A stretch of DNA of 63,164 nt, the filler included, from Octopus bimaculoides (taxonomy: Eukaryota), in assembly GCF_001194135.2 (NCBI RefSeq). It is 3 parts of 3 records of this genome, joined end to end, with 100 filler letters (N's around TTAATTAATTAA, not from the genome) between each part and the next. Parts side by side here need not be neighbours in the genome. Positions count along the whole stretch, not along the records: positions 1 to 27,946 come from NC_068999.1; 2 more parts are not named here. One strand, written 5' to 3'. Shown here piece after piece: positions 1-14,264 of the stretch. The translations under genes were made by a program, and so were the position numbers. Under the pieces are notes generated by a model. The model searched no databases and was not told the DNA's origin. It worked only from the letters and a program-made list of their open reading frames with translations. The first letter of the stretch is position 1, and each line of letters opens with the position of its first letter.

Positions 1-257
1 TATATACATGAAGTTTATGCGATTGCTAATTTCTGTGAAAGGTTGCTTCTCTGAATTTACTAGGATAGGAGATTGACAGGAGAATAAACTGTGTAACAGT
101 TCGTATTTTGGTGCGCATTTCGTCCTCGACAAGCGTATGTTATTCTTAATAGCAACCAATATGTGGGTTGATGTATCCACATGTTGGTACCATATGTCTT
201 TTAATAAAGAGTTCTATTATACATATACATATTTACACACACACACACACATTTATA

Positions 258-1012
258 TACGAGCTCTGATTAATAAGTATCTGGACTGTACGCAGAGTGA
301 AACCGCTTGCCACAAATTGACTTGCAACTCTACTGTGTATGCGTTTTAGCTCACTTCCACTTTTTGAAGCAATGTTTGCGTGGAAGATGTGTAACGTGTG
401 ATCGCCGCATTAACCATGACAGAGAAAATTGTCAATGCGATACCTGCTCAAAACCCTACGCAAAGGTGCAGAAAGTGTATACAGAGGAGAGTACAAGCCG
501 CACACAAGTGCACAAATGGTTCAGACGTTTCCAAGGTGGCTGAAAAAATGTCCCAGATGTCCGTGAAGCTGGTAGGGGAAATCGTCGAATCACCACTCCT
601 GGGTTATCAGAAGATGTGCTGATTAGTTGCGGTTCAGTTCAGTTCACTATCACTGAAAATTTGGGTGAGAGGCGCGTGTCTGTCAAGTTTGTGCCAAAAC
701 TGCTTTCAGCTGACCAAAAAGACACTCGGATTTCTATTGCACAATATCTCCTTGATTCTGTAGAGAACTTTCGGCAAAATTTGATGCAGATTCTCTGCTC
801 AACTTCCTCTTTCATGGTCAATGCGACGATCACACGCTACATACCTTTCTTTCAATCACTGCTGTAAGCAGCAAAGCAACCTAGAACGTTAACATTTAGT
901 GCGCATGCACAACAGAATTCAAGGTCACTGTGTGCCAGGCGGCTTCATTCTGAATGCTTTAGGTTCGTTACTTATGGCAACAGTCCGGATACTTATTGAT
1001 CAAATCACATAT
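258..1012 (+). mobile_element. Decayed non-autonomous mariner element with inverted duplication of its 5' end
   Basis: Imperfect ~32-bp TIRs (257-288 versus reverse complement of 981-1012) with TA flanks. Frameshifted transposase N-terminus on + (KVYTEESTSRTQVHKWFRRF...NLGERRVSVKFVPKLLSADQK) and a second transposase start on - (MKEEVEQRICIKFC). Confidence 0.85.
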
Positions 1013-1228
1013 ACATGTCTGTTTGTGTGTACATATGTATGTAACTGTATGCATACATATATATGCATATACTATGCAAATATCCTTTTAAAAATCTTTT
1101 CTTTTAATTTTTCCAAAACTTAATTGTCTTCCATACTTACAGTTGAAAAAGTCTCAATGACTGAAACCAGTACTGAAATGTTTTTTTATAAAATTATTTT
1201 AGCTTTTCTATCTTGCCTATTTTTTCCA

Positions 1229-1272
<44 letters not shown>

Positions 1273-1690
1273 GCCAATGTATACTATATTAAAAAAAAAC
1301 TCTCGAAAGCATGGAGCAGTGATGCATTTATATGCAGTTGAGTCTATGTCTACTCATAGAGTGGCCAATGGTTTCGCATCTATAAAGAGCCTTACATCAT
1401 GGACGGTTCGTCAGAATCTAAAGCCAGAGACAAATATAACTGTTCAACTGGGAAGCCGAATAATACATTAGCAAGTCACATATTATGATGACAGTAACTT
1501 CAGAAAGAAACAAGGAGAGAAAAAAATGTGTAGTGGCTAGCGAAACATATATATATATAGTTAAATGTACACACGCATTGTTAGTGTAACGATCAGAAGA
1601 ATCAATATTCAATACGAACGTAGATTGCACAAGTATATTTCTATATTTGAAACCGTCCAGTGTTTTGGAGGGTCTCAAATATGCAACATA

Positions 1691-2243
1691 TACAGGGTGT
1701 CCCAAAAATATTGACATCATTTCAGGGTTAATAACATAGCTAGTTCTCACTCAAATAGTCTCAAATTTTAAGAAAACGTGTAAAAACTAAGTTTGGATCA
1801 GGCATTCCAGTGATAATGACAATGTACTGTTGAAATTATTATCATGTTCACTTGACTTGACACTTTGTGATTTTTCTTCTATGGGGTTATATCAAAGGGT
1901 TGCTCTATATCCCCATATTTTCCTACAAGCCTAGAGGAACTCAGCAGAGAATCCTCGAGGTGCTGGAGAAAGTTACGCAAGACCAGCAACAGCGTATCTG
2001 GCAGGAGTCGGACTACCGACATGGTGTGTGACATGTCACAGGCGGCGCGTGTATTGAACATTTGTGAAGCTTTGTGAAATCGGTTATAAAATTCAACATC
2101 TCTTTGAATCATTTGTTCGAATTTTGCTAAATAATTCTTCTCTTGTCCAGCATGAAGCCTATTTAATCTCGCTTGCGTAAGCTATGTAGTTACTCAGGTA
2201 TCCACATTTCAAATGGTGTCAATTTTAGGGGTTCACCCGTCAT
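1691..2243 (+). mobile_element. Internally deleted Tc1/mariner-superfamily DNA transposon
   Basis: TA|CAGGGTG start with a matching degenerate right TIR (shared ATTGACAyCATTT). Transposase C-terminal remnant DLTLCDF..WGYIKG...QRIWQESDYR..V*HVTGGACIEHL* at about 1855-2070. Confidence 0.8.
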
Positions 2244-2463
2244 ATACATACATATATAATTTATGTGTATATCTATGTGTTTTCATGTAAATATATATAT
2301 GCATATGTAGGAAGAATAAGAATCAATTTCAATAATAAAAATTAGAAAATGAACAATAATAACAAATAAACAAAAGCAATATTTTGTTTTGTCTAACATT
2401 CAACGTGTGTTTTGTTCTTATTCGTTTCGTTTACATATAAGATTTTTCTTATTTATCTCCCCC

Positions 2464-2496
<33 letters not shown>

Positions 2497-2498
2497 AT

Positions 2499-2550
<52 letters not shown>

Positions 2551-4622
2551 TCTTACACACACTCACACTCACTCATACATGTGCGCGCTTTCTCTTTGCA
2601 CGCACGCACCACACGCTGAAAAGTTAGCATGTTATCTCCTCTACGTATCTATAAAACCTTGAATCATCTGACAAATTTCTGACTGTTATAGAACAAATTC
2701 TACGTTCGTACAAACCACTAAGACACCAGGCAATTGGATATGAGAGAAATCTTGTCTCAAATCTGTTGCCTTGATGTCTACACACAAATGACACGGTTTC
2801 ATCATTTTTTTCTTGTAGTTTTACTTTTTATTGTCATTTTTTTGTTTGTTTTTGTAGCTAGTATCATAAATGCTATATCACATTAACCGACCGAGAGACG
2901 CAGTCCAGCCCTCCTAGCTTTCTCTCTCTCAGATGTGGCATATAAATTGTATATATGATCGCAAACATTACAACAAGGAGACACGCGTTGCCTGCGTGGA
3001 ATATATATATATATATANNNNNNNNNNNNNNNNNNNNNNNNNNNNNNNNNNNNNNNNNNNNNNNNNNNNNNNNNNNNNNNNNNNNNNNNNNNNNNNNNNN
3101 NNNNNNNNNNNNNNNNNNNNNNNNNNNNNNNNNNNNNNNNNNNNNNNNNNNNNNNNNNNNNNNNNNNNNNNNNNNNNNNNNNNNNNNNNNNNNNNNNNNN
3201 NNNNNNNNNNNNNNNNNNNNNNNNNNNNNNNNNNNNNNNNNNNNNNNNNNNNNNNNNNNNNNNNNNNNNNNNNNNNNNNNNNNNNNNNNNNNNNNNNNNN
3301 NNNNNNNNNNNNNNNNNNNNNNNNNNNNNNNNNNNNNNNNNNNNNNNNNNNNNNNNNNNNNNNNNNNNNNNNNNNNNNNNNNNNNNNNNNNNNNNNNNNN
3401 NNNNNNNNNNNNNNNNNNNNNNNNNNNNNNNNNNNNNNNNNNNNNNNNNNNNNNNNNNNNNNNNNNNNNNNNNNNNNNNNNNNNNNNNNNNNNNNNNNNN
3501 NNNNNNNNNNNNNNNNNNNNNNNNNNNNNNNNNNNNNNNNNNNNNNNNNNNNNNNNNNNNNNNNNNNNNNNNNAAAAAAAAAGAACAAGAACAGAGCAGT
3601 CAATCGTACACGCTTCTCAGCAGTTTCCGTCTATCCGATATTATTCATTCGAAATATTTGGTCGTGGCGAATTTCGAACCTAGATTGTACAGAGCTGGAA
3701 CTGATATCACATAACATTTTCCCAACGCTCTGCCGGTTTTGTCAACGTCTTACATTAGAAAGTTTATGATTTAGGTATAAAGCCAACAGTTTTGAGGCTG
3801 AGCGAGGAGTCAGTTTTAGCGACACCAATAATGGATTGGTTCTTTACTCCATCTCTCCCGGAAAGATGGAAAGCATAGTTGATCTCGGCTGGATTTTAAC
3901 GTAAAGAAGAAGAACAAATAAAATAGTGTATATTCTTTCGGTACTCAAGCGATTCAACTAGGTGGACGTCATGATGGTGGTGATGTCAGTGACGATAAAT
4001 ACAATTGTGATACTGATGATGATGATGATGACGATGAGGATGAAAATGATAGCAGCATGGTAACAATAGTCTCTGATTTACGCACAAGTCCTACAGGTAT
4101 TGCAAGCTAGGATGTTAATTGAGTAAACAGAAAAACCACTGAATGTCTGATACGTTAGTGAAACGAAACGAAGAGAACGACAGGCAAAGATGATCTCGAT
4201 GGGAGTTTGAACCCAAAACCTCCAGAGCCTCATCAAACACTGCAAGCCATTTGTTTCGCTGTTCTAACCATTCTGCCGTGCAACCACCCTTAGGATAGAT
4301 ATCAATAATAGTCACACGAGTACATAGATATATGTCTAAGGAAGCACGAAGTGGTATTGGTTTTTAAGCCAGTTACCGCTTCCGCGCGTAGCAAATTCTA
4401 TAGAATATCTATTGTTTCTGACTACAATTAACTGACGACGCCTTGTAACATATTTGCATTTTGAATTTAGTTTAGTTTTCTACTCTGTAACTTTATTCCC
4501 TTTAAATATTTCTAAATACTGTGCAAAGTTTATAATGATAATTTATCTCATTTCATAGGGCTAACAAGCAAAAAAGTTATATATATGCACGCATATATCT
4601 ACATATACATACTTGTATATAT

Positions 4623-4707
<85 letters not shown>

Positions 4708-4955
4708 TATATAGATAGATAAATAGATAGATACACATACATATTTACATACACACACGCATATATATTCACATATACATACACACATATATATACATAT
4801 ACATACACGCACACACACGTACACACGCACATATATATATATATGTACATATATACATACATTTAAATATATATACGTGCATGCATACATACATACATAC
4901 ACACATACGTATACATACACATGCTAAAATATATGGCTGTGTGATTGTATGTTGA

Positions 4956-5010
<55 letters not shown>

Positions 5011-5021
5011 ATATATATATC

Positions 5022-5056
<35 letters not shown>

Positions 5057-5925
5057 ATATATTATGTATATATATACATATATAGATTTTACATATGCAT
5101 GCATAACTATATATATCGATATGCATCATATATATGTATTAATATGTTTGTGTGAATGTGTGTGTGTGTATGTGAGTGTGTGTTGCGTGTGTATGTGTGT
5201 GTGTCTATGTCTCTGTGTGTGCGCGTGTGCACGTGTAATACAATCGTCGTCTGGTGTGATTTCGTTACACATATTTCGTGTACGTGTTTTTATTTTAATG
5301 TGTTGTATATGACACGTTTGTTATCTGATATATTGGCACGAAAATTTTCAATGTGCATTTACATTTCATTTAAATTTTTCAAACGAGATTTTATTCAAGC
5401 ATACCGGAAGTATATTGTAAGTTGAGCTTGTAATTTCAATAGACGTAAAAGTATAATAAATTACACTAATATACTCAACTATGAAAATGTATACATCGCA
5501 AGTATACGTACATGCATAACAATTTCACCTACCTACATCCATAATCAAAGCTTATAGTTCATATATGGTTATGATTACAGGCAAACTCACGCACATATAC
5601 ACAATTACAAACGCACACTTATAAAGAAGCACGTCTGTGTGTGTATGAGTATGCGTGTGTTTGCTTGAATTAGAGGTGTTTTGTTATCAAACAAATGAAA
5701 AACGGATCATTATACCTGCATTCGAATGTGCATAAATGTTTGTTTACGTGCTTTGGTTTTTACATTTGTTTTTACATTTACGTGCGTACGTACGTATGCA
5801 TGCATGTTTGCATGCATGCATGTATGTACGTATGTATTTATGTATGTCTGTAGGAATGTACATAACGTATCTACGTATATTGGCATATATGTACATGTAT
5901 TCATGCCTACATGTACGTTCGGTGG

Positions 5926-6003
<78 letters not shown>

Positions 6004-6910
6004 CCAATATATATATATGTATATATACAAATGTATGTATATATATATATATATATGTGCATATATATTGGTATACAGACGTATATGCTAACACATATAT
6101 TTGTATATATGTATATATATATGTGTGTTTGTGTGTATGTATGTATCATGTATATGTATATATGCATGCACATACATATATGCATATATATATATATATA
6201 TGCATGTATATATGTGTATGTATATATCTATCTATATATGTGTACGTATATATGTATATATATGTATATATGTATATACATATATATATACATATATATA
6301 TACATATATATATATATATATNNNNNNNNNNNNNNNNNNNNNNNNNNNNNNNNNNNNNNNNNNNNNNNNNNNNNNNNNNNNNNNNNNNNNNNNNNNNNNN
6401 NNNNNNNNNNNNNNNNNNNNNNNNNNNNNNNNNNNNNNNNNNNNNNNNNNNNNNNNNNNNNNNNNNNNNNNNNNNNNNNNNNNNNNNNNNNNNNNNNNNN
6501 NNNNNNNNNNNNNNNNNNNNNNNNNNNNNNNNNNNNNNNNNNNNNNNNNNNNNNNNNNNNNNNNNNNNNNNNNNNNNNNNNNNNNNNNNNNNNNNNNNNN
6601 NNNNNNNNNNNNNNNNNNNNNNNNNNNNNNNNNNNNNNNNNNNNATTCTTACTGATAGTTCTAATTACTGTTTCTATTCATCTTAGTATACCTATCATTA
6701 TACACATTTTAAAGTTAATCTTATTCTGATTATGGGAAAGACACCTTGTTTTCATTCCCCTCATGTGTGTGAGTGAGTTCTCAGTCGTTAAACCTTTCTG
6801 TGTATAAATTTAAATGTAATTGTTTGACCAATTAAATTGTACTTCATGATTGAGGGTCCGATGAAGTTAGATCATAACCAAAGACACACAACCTGTATGT
6901 TAATCTATGT

Positions 6911-7219
6911 GAAAGCACGTGGTTTACTGGTTAAGGTATTCGGCTTGTGAGGTTATGTGTTCGATTTTCGGCAGCGTGTCGTGTCCACATTTTTTCATGC
7001 TGCTCCAATCTACTCAGGTAGCAAAAATGAATGGTACCTGTAATTCAATAGGCCATCCTTGTCATATCATTTGTCATACTGAATCTCCGTGAGAATTACT
7101 TTAAGGGTAAGCTTGCCTGTGGAGTGCTCAGCCTCTTCCGCGTTAATTTCACGAACAGGCTTTTCTGTTGATCGGATCGGTTGGAACCCCCATCGGCGTC
7201 GTTACCGACGGAATGCCAC
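6911..7219 (+). mobile_element. tRNA-derived SINE, family C2 (CORE-like centre, possibly OR2-like)
   Basis: Decayed tRNA-like head. The tail TTAAGGGT...GTGGAGTGCTCAGCC...GATCGGATC...GACGGAATGCCA is shared with the copies at 12.2 kb and 39.4 kb. Confidence 0.75.
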
Positions 7220-7394
7220 TTTTTAATTCAATCCGAACGGATTACTGTATAGAAACGTGTTGGATCCCTTGCACCGGTGATTGAGAGTTACACGTCATGA
7301 GTCACGTGTCTGTGGGTATCTCAGATATTTCTACTGTAATTCAGGAGCATTCAGCTGATAGACTAACTGGATCCTTATTGTTGGAAACCACTCC

Positions 7395-7650
7395 AGACCA
7401 TCCATCCGTCCATCTGTCCGCCGGTCAGCCTATCCACCCATTCTTCTATGCATCTATCCATCTATCAGTTCGCTCGTCCTACCGTCCATCCATCCATCCA
7501 TCCATCCATTCATCCATCCATCCATCCATCCATCCATCCATCCGTCCGTCCATCCATCCGTCCTCCGTCCGTCCGTCAGCTCGATCGTCGCTTCGTCAGT
7601 CGGTCAGTCGCTCGGTCCGTCAGTCCGTCCGTCTGTCCGTCCGTCCAGCC
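7395..7650. repeat. Compound (CCAT)n/(CCGT)n/(CAGT)n microsatellite
   Basis: Tetranucleotide runs seen directly. Confidence 0.9.
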
Positions 7651-7856
7651 ATACGTCCATTATTCTATATCACATATGACACAATAGGTACTTAACAAAT
7701 CTTCAAAATGTAGTCTAAGCAAATGCAGGGCACAAATGCGGCTAGAAACCTCCAAATTCGGGAGTTAGATGGTTGTGTAGACAGAGAGAAAGATAATGTT
7801 ATGGACTAGAACAAAGAATGAGAAAGAGAGAGAGAGGGAGAGAGAGAGGGAGAGAC

Positions 7857-7894
<38 letters not shown>

Positions 7895-8220
7895 TAAGAA
7901 AGCAGGAGAGAGAGGCTTTGGAGGACAGAAAGAGGGAAAGACAAAACTAACATTTACATAAGAATATTTTCTCATACGTTCTTATGTTTTAGTAGTAAAT
8001 ATTGTAATTAAATACATAAGACATAATTATATGTAATTAACTTAATTGTGTAGTTAGTATGACTGTTGTATGATTACGAAAAAGACCTTGGTGGAATACG
8101 CAGGTATATATTGTCATTGTTGTTTGTTGTTGTTGTTTTTCTTGTCTAACCGAATTATGAAGAAAGACATTTCAACATTTAACATAGCGACACTTTTCTT
8201 TCTTTTATGTTTTTTTTTTC

Positions 8221-8407
8221 ATTTACTTGTCATTTGACTGCGGCCATGCTTAAGCATCGTCCTTAGTCGAACAAGACGACTTATTTTTTGTAAGCCTAGT
8301 ACTTATTTTAACGGTCAATTTTGCCGCACCGTTATGTTACATGGACGTAAACGGATCAACATCGCTGTCAAGCGATGGTGGGGTGACACACACAAACACA
8401 CAAAAGC

Positions 8408-8440
<33 letters not shown>

Positions 8441-8715
8441 CATATATATACAGGAAGAAAAACTGAGTGATAGTTGTGGTGAAAAAGTACACCAGGGTTC
8501 GCTTCCCCGCACCTGTCGGAGCCTCGTAGACTTTTAGGTGTTTTCGCTCAATAAACACTCACAACATTCAGTCTGGAAATCGAAACCGCGATCCTACGAC
8601 TATGAGTCCGCTGCTCTAACCACTGGGCCATTGCGCCTCCACACACACACACACACACACACACACAGGACGGGCTTCTTTAATTTTCCGTCTACGAAAT
8701 CCACTCACAAGGGTT
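8221..8715 (-). mobile_element. SINE family B copy interrupted by a family C1 SINE (about 8452-8640)
   Basis: B 3' part at 8221-8405 and B middle part at 8668-8715 flank a C1 copy whose head is ...CCATTGCGCCTCC, plus (CA)n. Confidence 0.8.
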
Positions 8716-9609
8716 TCATTTTTAACTTCTGTCAATTAGAAACAATTAACCGATATGTGTGTCCACACACACACACACACATCCATATATACACACACCG
8801 CTATATATACATATATATATATATANNNNNNNNNNNNNNNNNNNNNNNNNNNNNNNNNNNNNNNNNNNNNNNNNNNNNNNNNNNNNNNNNNNNNNNNNNN
8901 NNNNNNNNNNNNNNNNNNNNNNNNNNNNNNNNNNNNNNNNNNNNNNNNNNNNNNNNNNNNNNNNNNNNNNNNNNNNNNNNNNNNNNNNNNNNNNNNNNNN
9001 NNNNNNNNNNNNNNNNNNNNNNNNNNNNNNNNNNNNNNNNNNNNNNNNNNNNNNNNNNNNNNNNNNNNNNNNNNNNNNNNNNNNNNNNNNNNNNNNNNNN
9101 NNNNNNNNNNNNNNNNNNNNNNNNNNNNNNNNNNNNNNNNNNNNNNNNNNNNNNNNNNNNNNNNNNNNNNNNNNNNNNNNNNNNNNNNNNNNNNNNNNNN
9201 NNNNNNNNNNNNNNNNNNNNNNNNNNNNNNNNNNNNNNNNNNNNNNNNNNNNNNNNNNNNNNNNNNNNNNNNNNNNNNNNNNNNNNNNNNNNNNNNNNNN
9301 NNNNNNNNNNNNNNNNNNNNNNNNNNNNNNNNNNNNNNNNNNNNNNNNNNNNNNNNNNNNNNNNNNNNNNNNNNNNNNNNNNNNNNNNNNNNNNNNNNNN
9401 NNNNNNNNNNNNNNNNNNNNNNNNNNNNNNNNNNNNNNNNNNNNNNNNNNNNNNNNNNNNNNNNNNNNNNNNNNNNNNNNNNNNNNNNNNNNNNNNNNNN
9501 NNNNNNNNNNNNNNNNNNNNNNNNNNNNNNNNNNNNNNNNNNNNNNNNNNNNNNNNNNNNNNNNNNNNNNNNNNNNNNNNNNNNNNNNNNNNNNNNNNNN
9601 NNNNNNNNN

Positions 9610-9680
<71 letters not shown>

Positions 9681-9925
9681 CTTTTTCGCTTTTTCTCGAT
9701 GCTTTTCAATACATTTCAATGCATCTCGGATGACAATCTTTTGATTGCTTATGGAAACAGAACAAAACGCAAAAGGTAAAACAAAAAAAAAAATAAATAA
9801 ATAAGTAAATGAAATAAAGATTAAAAATTAAAAAAAAATTGACAAAAACATAAATAAAACATCCTTGTACAAAAGATAGTCTCTCAAAGGTTTCTGCTGC
9901 TAAACCTTGTTGCAATCGCTTCTCT

Positions 9926-9979
<54 letters not shown>

Positions 9980-10944
9980 CACGACTTGTTGCTACTGTTG
10001 TTGTTGCAAGTATTGTTATTAATATTAAAACTGTTGTTGTTATTTTTATTCTTTTTCTTGTACTAAACTGCCTCTGTATCTCACCGTATGATATTAAACG
10101 GAGCCAGCAAACAAAATGTTGCTTTCTATGAATATAAATATATTAGTGCATGTGCGTGTGCGTGCTTTTGCGCTAGTGTGTGAGTACAAATGTGAGTCTG
10201 GTTGTATGAGTGTTTGTGTGTGTTTGAAGCAATGGTATATTCTCCATTATATGTAACATTGTCCATTCACACGGAAAGCCATGTTGAAGACGTAAATTAT
10301 AGTCTTCACTTCAAAATACAAGCGTTAGTAATATATTTGTTGACTTTCTTGATTCCCATCTTTCTCGTATTTTTCTTTTCCAGTTTCGACACATTCTCTG
10401 TCTTTGTGTGTGGGAGTGTGTGGGTGTATACGTAACTACATACATACATAAGTATCGATGGATCTCCGTCGGTGTCGACGATGAATATTCAGCTCTACTG
10501 GTAATTTACTTAGAATTTTCCAAAAACCTGTACCCTTAACAAAATTTTGTAACCGAATCACTGTAACGAAACGCATGACAAAAACTGTAACTTTGAATTT
10601 CAGGGAGAAAACATTCTTTTGGCTTCTGCATAGATTCCGTCTGTCCAGTTTTATTCAAAAGATATTTGGCATTCCTACAAAATGTGACACAGACAGATCG
10701 AACCCCAGAATTGAATTATTTGGCCATATTTCACATAAACCTAAGCATATAGATGTGAGTATAGGTGTGTACATACATGCACCTGTTGGTATATGATTAT
10801 CTTGTATATTCGAGAAAGTCTACCCCTCAATTGCAGGTATCGGGATCAATTTGATTTTAATATATTCGTGAGCATTTCACTCTCTAATTTGACCAATCGC
10901 TACTAGTGGTATTAGAGAATGCTTTAAATAAATATTCTTTTGTT

Positions 10945-11272
10945 GTTTTACTTGTTTCAGTGATTTGACTGTGGCCAGGCTGGAGCTAAGTTACGGGGAC
11001 ATAAACATACCAGCACCGATTATCAAGTTGTGTTTCGTAAAGCTGCTGCAACGATTTCTACAGTTAGGTGCATAAATTGGTGGGAAATTATAACAAAAAT
11101 ATAAATAAATAAAAACTGATTTATTTCGTTTTCCGTCTACTAAATCCACTCTCAGGGGTTTGGACAGCCTGAGGCTATAGTAGAAGACACTTGTCCAAGG
11201 TGTCACGCAGTGGAACTGAACCCGGAACCATATGGCTGGGAAGCAAGTTTCTTACTACACAGCCACGCCTGC
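10945..11272 (-). mobile_element. SINE family B, internally deleted
   Basis: Matches B copies at 53341 and 58800; tRNA-like head at the right end (CAGCCACGCCTGC). Confidence 0.8.
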
Positions 11273-11293
11273 AAGTGAAACAAAGTAGCGTGT

Positions 11294-11361
11294 AGTTCGC
11301 TATTGAAGTTAGTTCGCTATTGATATTATTTCGCTATTGAAATTATTTCGCTATTGAACTT
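11294..11361. repeat. 4 x 17-bp tandem repeat with core TTCGCTATTGA
   Basis: Units start at 11294, 11311, 11328 and 11345. Confidence 0.9.
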
Positions 11362-12210
11362 AAAATTTGCATCAATTCTAAGCAAACATGCGAGCCAATA
11401 GATTTCAGCCATGATATCTCCGTTTTTATTTTATTTTTCTTGATGGTGGGTGACTTATTGGCGAGAATGTTTCACTCACTGTCGTAAGTTAATCGTTTCG
11501 ATTTTCGGACTGGGCTATTATTTGTGTTCATGTGCAAAGCAATTCAATTCATGATACTCCTGTCCACTCTGCTGCAAATGAGTTGTAAATATATCTGCAA
11601 GGTTAACCCTTCGATATATCAGCGCCCCTTTCAGGAAGGAATGTAACCTCAGTCACAAAGCGTCATCGAAACCAAGATAAAATTCAGCCTTCTGAGTCCT
11701 AGGTCGCACGATAAACTTATCTCTAAATCTCTATTGTCCCAGTTTCATAAACATGAACAAGTTTTGTTTAAAAATTATAAAGGACAAATGCATTATCTCA
11801 TAGCCGGCGCCATCTTTTACTTAGTACAATGTTATAATTTCTTCCCTTCTGTTAATCTCATGCTACAATTGTTTGGTGTTTGTTCTTAAACTTTTGTTCA
11901 CTAATATCTTTTTTATTAATTCAGGATACAAATACGCTGTACTCTAAAATTGATACGTGAAAGCCTATTTCAACTAAAGTGCAGGTCTTTAACTAAGCTC
12001 AACATGCTAATAAAGAAATCAGTAATTTTAAATATTCCATATTAAAACTGACTGAATTGCATTGATCGTCAAAAGACATATGATAGAATACTTAATGAAT
12101 TAAAAACTGCAAACCACGAAGTTAATATTCTCCAGTAGTCTTAAGACCCTTGTCGAAGTGGCGTTTCATTTATATCTAAAAACATATCTTACTCTACAAA
12201 GAGTCAGACT

Positions 12211-12512
12211 GGCACTCCGTCGCTTACGACGTCGAAGGTTCCATTTGATCCGATCAACGGAACAGCTTGTTCGGTGGTTAACGTGCAAGTGGCTGAGCAC
12301 TCCACAGACACGTGTACCCTTAACGTAGTTCTCAAGAAAATTCAGCGTGACGCAGAGTGTGATAAGGCTGGCCCCTTAAAATACTACTCAGTTTTGCCAA
12401 ATGAGTGAACTGGAGCAACGTGATAGAAAGTGTCTTGCTCAAAGATACAACTCCCCGCCGGGAATCGAACTCACGACCCGAATACCTTAACCACAAAGCC
12501 ACGTACCTTCCC
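12211..12512 (-). mobile_element. tRNA-derived SINE family C2, near full length
   Basis: On the minus strand: A-box-like TGGCTTTGTGG, B-box-like GAGTTCGATTCC, CORE-like TTGAGCAAGACACTT, and the C-family tail. Confidence 0.85.
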
Positions 12513-12664
12513 AAAGGGGCAAGCGCTAAACTTAAAACTACCGCGGAAGATATATTTTCAGTTTTCTTCTAAAGAAATACTAAATATGTTTCTCCTTTCC
12601 TCCAATCCTGAGCTCAGCACTGATTACTTTTAACTTCTTCCACTGTCCTGGACTATGAGCATGA

Positions 12665-12727
12665 TACGTAGTTGATCCTGCCAGTAGTCATATGCTTGTC
12701 TCAAAGCTTAAGCCATGCAAGTGTAAG
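12665..12727 (+). pseudogene. Isolated 18S rRNA 5'-end fragment
   Basis: TACGTAGTTGATCCTGCCAGTAGTCATATGCTTGTCTCAAAGCTTAAGCCATGCAAGTGTAAG versus the conserved eukaryotic 18S start TACCTGGTTGATCCTGCCAGTAGTCATATGCTTGTCTCAAAGATTAAGCCATGCATGTCTAAG. The similarity stops after about 63 nt. Confidence 0.9.
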
Positions 12728-13906
12728 ACCATATTATGGGTGGCTGAGAAGAATATTGCATCACCATTTAAATATTTTCAGTCCTCCTCTGAATTTCGTC
12801 ATCAGCCAGATACCCTCCCTCTAGTCTGGATTTGGCTTGCAAAAACTCTTCCATGGTTTTGTTTTGTTTGTTTCTAGCCCCTTCTTTAATATAGTCAGCC
12901 CACAATCATCTTTCATGGAGTCTAGCTCTTTCCACTCCACACTATTTCTCAGGATGATTTTTAGCACTAACCCCTGTCGCATTGTATGATCAAAATATAG
13001 TTTTGTAAACCGAACCTCGATAACTATCTTTGAGTTTTCAGCTTTTCTATTTTTATAGCGTTTATTACCTTATCTTTTGAATATGCGAAAGATTCACATC
13101 TCTAGTGCTTCTATTTTCTCCTTCATTGTCCAAGTTTCTATTCCTTAGAGGAAAATAGACATAATATAACAGTTTACAAGCCTGCAACGTTATTCCATTG
13201 TCGTTCTTATAAATGCTGTTTTAACCATATTTATTCTTTGACTAACATCTACACAGTAGACTCTCTGATGATATACGCTAAACATTTTCTCCCAATTCCA
13301 TTTTGCCCTTGCACTCAGCACTGTTTAGTCTTAAACTGCTCCCATTGCTTACTCCTACTCACTCTAGCATTGAAGGCTTGATAGAATATTATATCAGTAG
13401 TTAAGCGTATTAGCTATGAGAACAAAATATTACATATTGACATACAACTTCCTTTATGGTACCACATGAATAAGCCTAGAGAGTGTACTTTCCATCATAA
13501 ATGTTTAAGCGACATATAAAAGGATTACGAGTAGTGAGAAATAAATTTATCAGAAGTAAAACTAACCAGTTAAAATATGAACGACATAAAATAACCTCTG
13601 GAAAATAAAAAAGAAAAGTGTATGATATTTATGTAACAAGCTAATCGAGAAGTCTTTCATAATGGCATGTTATACATGAAAAAGCACAAATGTCAGTAAG
13701 AAAACAAAATTTTAATGTTAAAAGGAACTCAATTTTATATGAAGATACACAAGTATGCCATCGAAATTAAGAGAGAATTTAATGTAAATAGTTAAATGGT
13801 TATTGTTAATGTTTTTTTTTTCTCTCAAATATATTTATGCATACTCGAATCACTCTTGTTTTGAAAGCCGTTCGATGAAGGATGACGTATGTTTAATATA
13901 TGTACA

Positions 13907-13977
<71 letters not shown>

Positions 13978-14225
13978 GACAATTCTAATACATTTTCACA
14001 TTTGATGTTGATGTTTCACGTTTATAGGCATTCACATATAAAACAAAAGTGTATGGCGATTTCGGTAGTGTAGTGTTGAATGCAGTTCAGCATAAAATAT
14101 ACTCAATATTGTTAAGTGAAGTGGAAAAACATTATTTATTCAAATCAAGGCTGTAACTGCATCCGTGTGAGTCGACACACGGAATTTCAAGTTACCAGTT
14201 TTTAAGAGAGTAATACACACACAGA

Positions 14226-14264
<39 letters not shown>

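Noticed and set aside
12665-12727. Functional 18S rRNA gene
   Set aside because: Only about 63 nt with substitutions, and no remaining 18S, ITS or 28S sequence.
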